A stretch of 64,000 nt of DNA from Octopus vulgaris (taxonomy: Eukaryota), in the NCBI GenBank assembly GCA_951406725.2, contig OX597832.1, positions 31,310,001-31,374,000 of the forward strand, given 5' to 3'. Positions within the stretch are counted from its first letter, which is position 1; each line of letters begins with the position of its first letter. Below the pieces are notes generated by a model. It was not told the DNA's origin. It did no database searches and saw only the letters and a program-made list of their open reading frames with translations. This document shows positions 53,301 through 64,000 of the stretch, in pieces. The position numbers and the translations under genes are program-made.

Positions 53301-54239
53301 TGTACGTCCTTCAGAACTTTGTCTTCCTTATGTTTCGAGTGGAAACACAAAGATTAAAATGCAAAATCAATGAGTTAAAAAGCTGTTTGGTGTGTGCCAC
53401 GGCACCTTTCCTTTTATGTGCTCGCCTCCCTTAACTTTAGAACCTGATGACGCCCCCGATCACAACGCCACTTAACCAGACTGTAGGATGCATGCATTTT
53501 GGAGTGGTTATCTCCCCCTCAGTCACAGAAGCCGGGCAGAGTGCACGGCGAGCTGACATGGGAGAGAGAGAGAGAGTCTCTCTTATGCTACTCCTGTTAT
53601 CATTCAATATCTGGTTGTTGTAATCGGTGGCTCACCGCAAACAAAATACGGGTCGAAAGTGCTAAGCAATGATATATTTAAATGGAGACTCGTCAATTCA
53701 AAGATAGCTGAAGCAGTGTGTGGATAGGTGGCGCTGTGAGCTGATTTTGTTTATTTACAGCGACAAATGTCCTCCATCACAAAATAAGAATAAATGACTT
53801 TGATACGGGTTCAAATACGCCTCAGGCATATCCGATCTGGTAACAAGTTCGTATTCACACCCGCCACTGCTTATCGAACCGTCCGTATTTTAATTAAATC
53901 TATTTTAGTGTTCTTCTACATCTTGTTGACTGGTGTCCACTTCACGTCCGCCTTTGGACGAAGAAGAAAGAATGAACGACAAAAGAAAGAAGGAAAAAAA
54001 AAAGTAACGGAAGCAATAATAAAGGAATGTTTGACCTAATTAGTTACACATTCTTGCGAGAAGCTCACACACACACACACGCACAATGGGTAGACATTCC
54101 TCTTGGCCCTCACCTGACCCCTATCTCGTTAATCCACGCTGTTTACCAACGTTTATCTCAGTCATTCCTTTATCCCTTCATACCCAGCATTTTGTCCCCT
54201 CACACCTACAAGCTGATCCCCTTCCTTTACGCACCCGCT

Positions 54240-54291
<52 letters not shown>

Positions 54292-54416
54292 CACACACAC
54301 ACACATTTATATATAGCACATTCTAAGCTGGTGACTGGCAGCTTAGAAAAAGTATTTTCATTTTTATTTTATTGGGGTGACAACCGAGTCAAATGAAAGG
54401 GGACATCCATATATGG

Positions 54417-54452
<36 letters not shown>

Positions 54453-54468
54453 GTGTGTGAGTGTGTGA

Positions 54469-54500
<32 letters not shown>

Positions 54501-54632
54501 ATGTACGTATGTATGTGTGTGTGTGCGTGCGTGATCTAGTCGGTTTGGCTGCCATGATCTTGAGTGCGTGTATGTATATATATATATATATATAGCAATA
54601 ATAATTCTCTAATCGAGATATATATATATATA

Positions 54633-54860
54633 TATCACGTGATCACGTGACCGACCAGACCATCAGACGTTGTTACACATCGCTGGTCACAATGCGTTCG
54701 CATTGTTTTAGCCTTTGAATGACGCCACCCCGCTGGCTAAGAGAGCAGGCCAACAGAAGAAAGAGTGGAAGAAAGAGTGGTGAAAGAGTACAGCAGGGAT
54801 CACCTGCCACCCTCTGCCGGAGCCTCGTGGAGATTTTAGGTGTCTTCGCTCAATAAACAC
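54633..54860 (-). mobile_element. Retroposon 3' end with a (TCACGTGA)n-type tail; second copy at 61135-61270(+)
   Basis: Shared CCAGCGGGGTGGCGTCATT..AAGGCTAAAACAATGCGAA.CGCATTGTGACCAGCGATG. Confidence 0.8.
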
Positions 54861-55145
54861 TCACATATTAATCGAAGTGTGCAGTATATATGCATTGAGG
54901 CCGATCTCATCAATTGGTTCAACATTCCGTTGAACCCTCGTGCGAAACCATAAAATAGGTCGTAATACAGTATGTACACTTCGATATATCACCATCATCA
55001 TCATCCTTTAGCGTCTGTTGTCCATGCTGGCTTGGGTTGGACGGTTTGAGCATAGCTGGCAAGCTGGGGAGCTGCACCAGGCTCCAATCTGATTTGGCAT
55101 TGCTTCTACGGCTTGTTGCCCTTCCTAACGCCAATGTGTGTATGC

Positions 55146-55195
<50 letters not shown>

Positions 55196-55196
<1 letters not shown>

Positions 55197-55608
55197 CTCT
55201 TTTACTTGCTTCAGTCATTTGACTGTGGCCATGCTGGAGCACCACCTTTTTTAGTCGAGCAAATCAACCCCAGGACTTATTGTTTGTAAGCTTAGTACTT
55301 ATTCTATCGGTCTCTTTTGCCGAACGCTAAGTTACGGGTACGTAAATACACCAGCATCGGTTGTCAGGCGATGTTGGGGGGACAAACACAGACACACAAA
55401 TATATACACATACACATACATATACATATGTATATACATATATACGACGGGCTTCTTTCAGTTTCCGTCTACCAAATCCACTCACAAGGCTTTGGTCGGC
55501 CCGAGGCTATAGTAGAAGACACTTGCCCAAGATGTCACACAGTGGGACTGAACCCGGAACCATGTGGTTGGTAAGCAAGCTACTTACCACACAGCCACTC
55601 CTATGCCT
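55196..55608 (-). mobile_element. Full-length SINE family A
   Basis: Close match to the copies at 36544 and 63498; CpGs retained. Confidence 0.92.
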
Positions 55609-56891
55609 ATATATATATATATATATAAATAACGAAGCTTTTCCCCGCTCCATATTTTAAAGAGGTCTTACCCAGGCCCCTACATCAATGAGATGAAGCG
55701 GTGGAAGGTATGCATTGCCGAACGCACGAGGATCCTTAAAGACTCGCTCATGCCAGGGGACATCCTGAACTCCTGGACGGAGAGTTTCTGACCATGCTTG
55801 CATTTTAGAAAATTCCTGCTGGCTTTTTGGAATCCGCATGGTGGCACTGCAGCCGGAAACCAATAGACAAGGCCGAAGGGAGACAATCGTTTACCTTCGT
55901 CGTACTTCGGTGACCGCAAGATGGCAGGGCAGTCGAAGATCGACAGACAATGTCAAAGGGAGATAAGCACCTAGGGTTTTATCCTTAAAACGAGACTTTT
56001 CCCCACCATATTTTAAAGACGTCTCAGGACAGCAGTGTTTGGGGTCTGAAGATACGCCGTAAGGCTAAGCCCTTTATGATCGAGAAACCCAAGGTAACCC
56101 CATAAACCAGCCTACCCCAATATAACATGTATATATATATGTATATATATATATGTGTGTGTGTGTGTATGTTTCTAGTAGAGGGGTACGGGGGAAAAAC
56201 AGGAAAACACACACATACACACACGCACACACACATGCACACACACACACACATACACACACACACACATGCACATGTACACACACACACATACACTCAT
56301 TCTCTCACACACATACACAATATACTCGGAGATGGTCAATCCCTCATCAGTTTACGAGCAAACAGAACAGTTTCGTATAAAGATAGATATTTCCAGGTGG
56401 GAGATATTCAAGTTTTGTTTAATGAAATGTTCAACAAAAGGTGAGTGAATGTGGCAAGGATGGCACGAATAAATAACGGAACCACCTTGATCACGATCCT
56501 CTAAAACAAAGAGAAAGCGCTCTTTGTTAATGTTCTTCTTTTTCGTTTCCGAGGTTACCGTGGTTATTTTTTCGTAGGTTTTTCTTTCCATGGATAAACC
56601 TAGTTAATGTTACATTTCCTTCCCCTTTTGGGAACTCTAATTGTTAACAACGACTTTTGTGTAAATTTCCTGTTTACACGCCCCCCACCAAAAAAAAAGA
56701 AGTCTTTTCCCCCTTTTGATCGATTTTGAAAAAGAAAAAATTCTACATTGTATTGTCCCCTCTGTGTTCGGCCCTGCGTAGCTAATAAATCTATCGAAAA
56801 CCAAACCCCCTTCTTTTACCTCCAAAAGAAAAGCTCTACCTTGTAATTTTGTCCTGTCTGTGTGCAGCCCTGTGTGGCTAATAAAGAAACA

Positions 56892-56972
<81 letters not shown>

Positions 56973-57209
56973 CCATATATGGTGATGATGACGACGACGA
57001 CGATGACAGTGATGATGATGATGATGGTGATATACATACATATATGTATGTATGTGTATGTGCGTGCTTGTGTGTCTGTGTGTGTGTGTGCTTGTGTGTG
57101 TTTTTCTCTATGTGAGTGTATTACTCTATCAATATGGCGGTGATTGTTGATGTCAATGAATCACATCCAGATATTTGTGTGTGTCCGTGGCTGTGCGTGT
57201 GTCCGTGGC

Positions 57210-57242
<33 letters not shown>

Positions 57243-57718
57243 GTGTGCGTGCGCACGAGTGCTGGTCCGCCGGCAGGTTGACCAGTCTGTCGGGTGGATG
57301 TTTTGTTAGGAACATTATATAAAAATGTTATCGTAGAAAACAATAGAAAGCGGCCGACTTCATTTAAATAAAAGCTTCTGTGTCATATAGCTTTTAGGAG
57401 TTTGCAAGAAATTTACCATTCCATTCTCTTACATATGGAATTTATCAAGAATTCTTGCGAAAAACCACAGCGCTTTATTAGAATCTTTGCGTTTTGATGT
57501 TTCTTTTTCAGAAGTACTTCGAAGATGTTCGTTTTGGTATGAAATATATTCTGTAGAGAAAAACATCGATTTTTTTGGCATATCTAATAGGATAAAAGCA
57601 CTCTTGTCAAGTTCCAGCGGAAACAGACATTCAAAGACAAACCAAACAAACCAATGTTGGTGTTTGATTTTAAATATTACCGACTGCCGGGATTGTATGC
57701 GTGTGCGTGTGCATGTGC

Positions 57719-57767
<49 letters not shown>

Positions 57768-58018
57768 CGTGTGTGTGTGCGTGTGTGTGTGTGTGTGTAT
57801 ATATACATATATGTATATGTATATATATGTATATATGTGTGTATATATATATATATGTATATATATGTGTGTGTATATATATACATACATTACACACATA
57901 CATATACGTGTTTGTACATTATACTAATATCTATATCTAACACTCTATATAATATTCTATATATATGCGTGTATATACGCAGCTACAAATATACACACAT
58001 GCACCATACACACGCGCA

Positions 58019-58057
<39 letters not shown>

Positions 58058-58244
58058 ACATGTATATACACATAGGAATAGCTGTTTGGTTAAGGCAACC
58101 ACTTCGCAAGTGCGTGGCTTCGATCTCGATCCCTCACCAAGTGACTCCTTGGACAAGTGCCGATTCTGTCTCTTCTACTATCTTTGAGTTGGCAAAAGCC
58201 TCATGAATGTCATATGGTTAGAGGAAACTCTACTGAAGCCCACA

Positions 58245-58292
<48 letters not shown>

Positions 58293-58315
58293 GAGATTTA
58301 TCATTATATATATAT

Positions 58316-58933
<618 letters not shown>

Positions 58934-59125
58934 TAACAATAAAGGGTGAAATTAATTAATTTGGAATAATTATTAATTACACCAAGTAGATTTCGGCATG
59001 TAAAAGCCTCATTTGAGGAAAATTTAAGTAATACTAAGCAATTAAGGGTTTAGCAACGAATTGCCTCACCACACACCGAATTTAGAAATAGCAGTCAAAG
59101 AGTTATAGCTATTCTTTCTACTAGG

Positions 59126-59156
<31 letters not shown>

Positions 59157-59179
59157 ATATAGCAACGTACGTACATTTT

Positions 59180-59284
<105 letters not shown>

Positions 59285-59731
59285 TTTTTTGAGTCTCTCT
59301 CTTATAAATCACAGTTCCGTAAATTGCGAGAAATTATATTCTCTTAAGATGATGCCTTTTATAAAATGTCAAGAGAAGGGAGGAAAATATTTGAATGTAT
59401 TTTTGTTTTTGAGCGATAGAAATCTCCGATGTTCAGAATACGGAAATCCAAAGATCGTTTTGAACAGATGAAAAGTGGAAACGATTTGATTTATCTATAC
59501 CGGAACATTGATTTATTCGTTTCTGTAACTCCAGGGCGCCAAATCGGGTTTTATAATTGCACCCCCCTCCCCCCTTCACACTTGTGACTATCACTACTTG
59601 TCTCTCGAATGACTTACGTGACAGAAGTTGTTATCGTAAAAAGGAACGAGTAAACTTGGCTTTTGATATATTTATATATATAAGGGGTTATATATATATA
59701 TAACCCTTATGCCATAGATATCGTTTGATAT

Positions 59732-59782
<51 letters not shown>

Positions 59783-59985
59783 CATATGTATATATAGTTT
59801 ACAATGGCTATGGATAAAGCCCCGTTGCCATCCTCTAACATCACAAACCCCTACGCTTGCATAACTTCTCGCTCCTCCACACATACTCGCGAAAAACCAC
59901 CTGCACCCCACACCCCATATTCCTTATATCTTCATATAAATACTTACACCAGTTAATCTCCTCCTCTCTTCCTAACCTCTGCCCT

Positions 59986-60017
<32 letters not shown>

Positions 60018-60221
60018 TGCACCACCTTTCCTCCTATTTTCCCAGTGCGTTATTTCCTTTCCATTTTTTTTGATGTAGGGCTAGAGTCCGAAACGTCAAG
60101 CTTTTTCCCCACCTTTTAATCCTCAAACTAAAAACACGGTTGTTAAAACTTGCCCCTTTCTCTTGTCTTCTTCTTTTTCACACCCATTACCTTACCGCGC
60201 CACCGCACATATGCACACACG

Positions 60222-60310
<89 letters not shown>

Positions 60311-61031
60311 ACACACACAGATAACGGACTTCTTTCAATTTCCTTCTCCCAAATTCACTCACAAGGCTTTGGTCATCCAGGGGCTATAGTATAAGACAGT
60401 TGCTCAAAGTGCCACACAGTGGCACTGAACTTGAACCACGTGGCTGGGAAACAAGCTTCTTACCAAACACCCACGCATCCGCCATATATATATATATATA
60501 TATATACGGATATATTTTCGTGTGTTTACGTCGGAGTCAATATCCGGAAGAAGGAGTTGGCCTGATTAAGGGAAGATAACTCTCTAAAGACAGTTTTACG
60601 TACGATTTTGATAAATGAGACCAATACAGTCTCTGTTTCTATTGGTAGCCTCGAGTTTGCCAATATTTTGTTTATAGAATTAGATAGGAGGAAACTGTGC
60701 CGAAGCCTTTTCGTAAGCACACCCACAAACAAACACGCGCACATGCACGCAGATGTACACACTGAATATTTAAATGGATCTCCGGCGGTAGTTGCGATGA
60801 GTGTCTTTAATTGTTCGATTAGGTGAAAGTTGTCGGCTCAGTAAGTAGCATGAAACAGGCTGAGTATTCCTGACACATGTAGTTTTTGAGTAATCCTCAG
60901 GCGCAGCTGACGTTATGCAGAGTGTGAGAAAAAATCATACCCAAAAGCCGTTCGTGTGTATGCGCGCGCGCGTGTTTACGGATGTGTATGTTCGTATGTG
61001 TTTATATACATGTGTGTGTGTGGTTTGTGTG

Positions 61032-61075
<44 letters not shown>

Positions 61076-61095
61076 CATACATACATACATACACA

Positions 61096-61134
<39 letters not shown>

Positions 61135-61690
61135 TGGCCTGCTCGCTTCGCCAGCGGGGTGGCGTCATTTGAAGGCTAAAACAATGCGAAGCGCATTGTG
61201 ACCAGCGATGCGTAGCAACATCTGATAGCCTGGTCGGTCACGGTGATCACGGTGATATATCACGGTGATATATATACATACACGCAGACACAAACTCATA
61301 CGCGTACCTATTTATATATGCATGTGTGTGAACATATTTATGTATACGCGTGTGTATGCATGTATGTATATATATATATAAAAATGTACAATATCTGTAT
61401 ATATAATATGTGTATATTGTTAATATATGTATATATGCCTAATCATAAAACGTATGTGTATATATATATATACACACACACATATATGTATGTATACACA
61501 CATATACACATATATATGTATACATATATATGTATGTACACACATTTTATATGATGAAGCATATATACATATATGAACAATATATTCACATGAAATTTTA
61601 CACATAAGCGCAGAAACACAAACACATAAACACGTTATACATACGCGCACAGTGACATACAACACACAGAAAAAAACACACTTAAAATAA

Positions 61691-61742
<52 letters not shown>

Positions 61743-62358
61743 CTACATATATAAATATACCTATGCATACATTCATGCACAGACAGCAGAACGTACATAA
61801 ATATACGCGTATATGTATTCCCAGAACTACACACAAACATACTTACATAGAAATTCATAGATGCATACGCACGTGCATGTATATATATATCTAATGTGTG
61901 TCTGTGTCTACATACAAACACGCGCGCGTATACACACACATATGTATGAGTGTATGTGTACGTCCATAAGTATATACTTACGAACGTATATCATTGAAGT
62001 GGTTTTAATTCTTTCCAAGTGATGGGAAACATCTGCGGTTGCAGGTCCGTCGAGGATAATTATGGGGTTGGGAGGAGAAAATGGGGACCAAAACAGGCAG
62101 TAGAAAAAAAAAACAACAACAACATAGCGAAAAAAACCAAGACAAAGCCATACAAATCAGATATGACTGCCATCTTGGAATAGGGAAACCACGAAACAAA
62201 AAGTATTAGGAATGGAGCATTGTATCAGAAATTTTGTGGTGGAATGACTCGCAGACACATACCAATACACAAATAAGCATAAGGTATATGTATATATTTA
62301 TATATACACATATATATCTTTATATACATACACGTTTGTGCGTGTTTGTATCCGTGTT

Positions 62359-62389
<31 letters not shown>

Positions 62390-62425
62390 TATATATATAT
62401 ATGTATATATATACATATGTATGTG

Positions 62426-62538
<113 letters not shown>

Positions 62539-62770
62539 TAAGAGGAGGGGTATAATATCCAGGCAGATACCAAATTTCTCTGAGTAAAATGCTAAGGTCG
62601 GTTCCTTCAGATGGTGCTCTTCTGGTAAACTTCCTTAAGTTCCCATCCGATGCTACAGTTTATTCCTTGACTACTTAGACTGTAAAGTACAGTATGGATA
62701 ATAAGACGAATGAGGAATTTGAACCTTGAAACTTTATGTTTATTTCCAGTTCGTTTATTCGTAATAATTG

Positions 62771-62845
62771 TCCGACACGTGTTTCGAGCGCATTAACTAT
62801 ATACAGCGATTTATGCTATATTTGTACGATCTCTTCAAGGCATAT
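62771..62845 (-). ncRNA. Minimal hammerhead-ribozyme-like motif with palindromic stem III
   Basis: (C>U)UGAAGA-GAUCGUA..loop..UGCGCUC-GAAA-CACGUG-UC; GUC cleavage triplet. Confidence 0.6.
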
Positions 62846-63166
62846 CAAATCCAATCCAATCAGCGATATAAGTATGGCGCTGTTCGAAGGGGAATTTCCC
62901 GCCGCTTTTAGCTTGAATTAGGCATGGCATTAGTAATAAACCATTCTTTTCTCAACTGACTTTTTGGGTAAAATTCAGCAGCAGCGGCAGCAGCAGCAGC
63001 AGCAGTATCTGTTGAAGTTGGCAAATGTTCTTGGCTTGGTGGGGAATGGTTATTTATTGAATACTGATTGATTCTACATACTTTATAGCCACGTAGATAA
63101 TTACTAGGCAGTAAGAAACACGTGCTTATTAAAAAAGTAGTCAGTTGTATTTTAAATTCTTCTAAC

Positions 63167-63231
<65 letters not shown>

Positions 63232-63232
63232 G
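63167..63232. repeat. (ATT)n microsatellite
   Basis: Seen directly. Confidence 0.95.
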
Positions 63233-63263
63233 TTTTAATGTGTTTTTAGGTTATATCATCCAC

Positions 63264-63458
63264 AATCTTATAAACTGAATTTTATTCTTATATTCATTAA
63301 AGGCGTCTGTTTTTATAGTAATTATAGTAATGTTGAGAAAAAACTGATTTAAATTATATTAATTAAATCATTCTTTTATTTAATTTTTTAAAAAAGAAAA
63401 CGTTGTTCGTGTAAGCATTTAAAACTTATTTCTTGTCTAGAATTCAGTTTATAAGATT
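63264..63458. repeat. AT-rich element with about 18-bp inverted ends (possible MITE)
   Basis: AATCTTATAAACTGAATT ... AATTCAGTTTATAAGATT. Confidence 0.6.
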
Positions 63459-63497
63459 ATATATAATATATAATGTATATAATTTATAAGATTATAT

Positions 63498-63707
63498 CTC
63501 TTTTACTCTTTTACTTGTTTCAGTCATTTGACTGCGGCCATGCTGCAGCACCGCCTTTAATCGAGCAACTCGACCCCGGGACTTATTCTTTTGTAAGCCC
63601 AGTATTTATTCTATCGGTCTCTTTTGCCGAACCGCTAAGTAACGGGGACATAAACACACCAGCATCGGTTGTCAAGCAATGCTAGGGGGACAAACACAGA
63701 CACACAA

Positions 63708-63746
<39 letters not shown>

Positions 63747-63910
63747 TACGACGGGCCTCTTTCAGTTTCCGTCTACCAAATCCACTCACAAGGCTTTGGT
63801 CGGTCCGGGCCTATAATAGAAGACTCTTACACCAAGGTGCCACGCAGTGGGACTGAACCCGGAACCATGTGGTTGGTAAACAAGCTACTTACCACACAGC
63901 CACTCCTGCG
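63498..63910 (-). mobile_element. Full-length SINE family A
   Basis: Close match to the copy at 55196, with a (GAGTAAAA)n-like tail. Confidence 0.92.
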
Positions 63911-64000
63911 TTTTGATTTCAAATCCCGTCGAGATCGACCTTGGCTTTTATCTTTTCGGGGTCGATAAAATGAAGCTTCCAGCTTATCACTGGGGTTGAT

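Overview
AT-rich, microsatellite-dense eukaryotic genomic DNA. The SINE families and the TA/CA/TATG repeat load point to a coleoid cephalopod, most likely Octopus (inference, not verified). No intact multi-exon CDS can be assembled, and most ORFs in the supplied track are microsatellite or transposon artefacts. What the sequence supports: (1) a CpG-retaining promoter zone at about 14.3-26 kb with three candidate minus-strand first exons (donors at 21941, 19282, 15443), whose long first intron runs off the left edge through a CpG-depleted stretch; (2) a second CpG-depleted block at about 26.3-36.9 kb with scattered plus-strand splice signals, possibly a divergent lncRNA; (3) many mobile-element relics: RTE and CR1 LINE fragments, a degenerate Tc1, a pogo/Tigger fragment, hAT/Tigger/piggyBac MITEs, several SINE families and a ~272-bp tandem array; (4) a recurring set of minimal hammerhead-ribozyme-like motifs of the Penelope-like-element type, including a 360-bp fold-back with one motif in each arm. 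All calls were made by eye and none were checked computationally.
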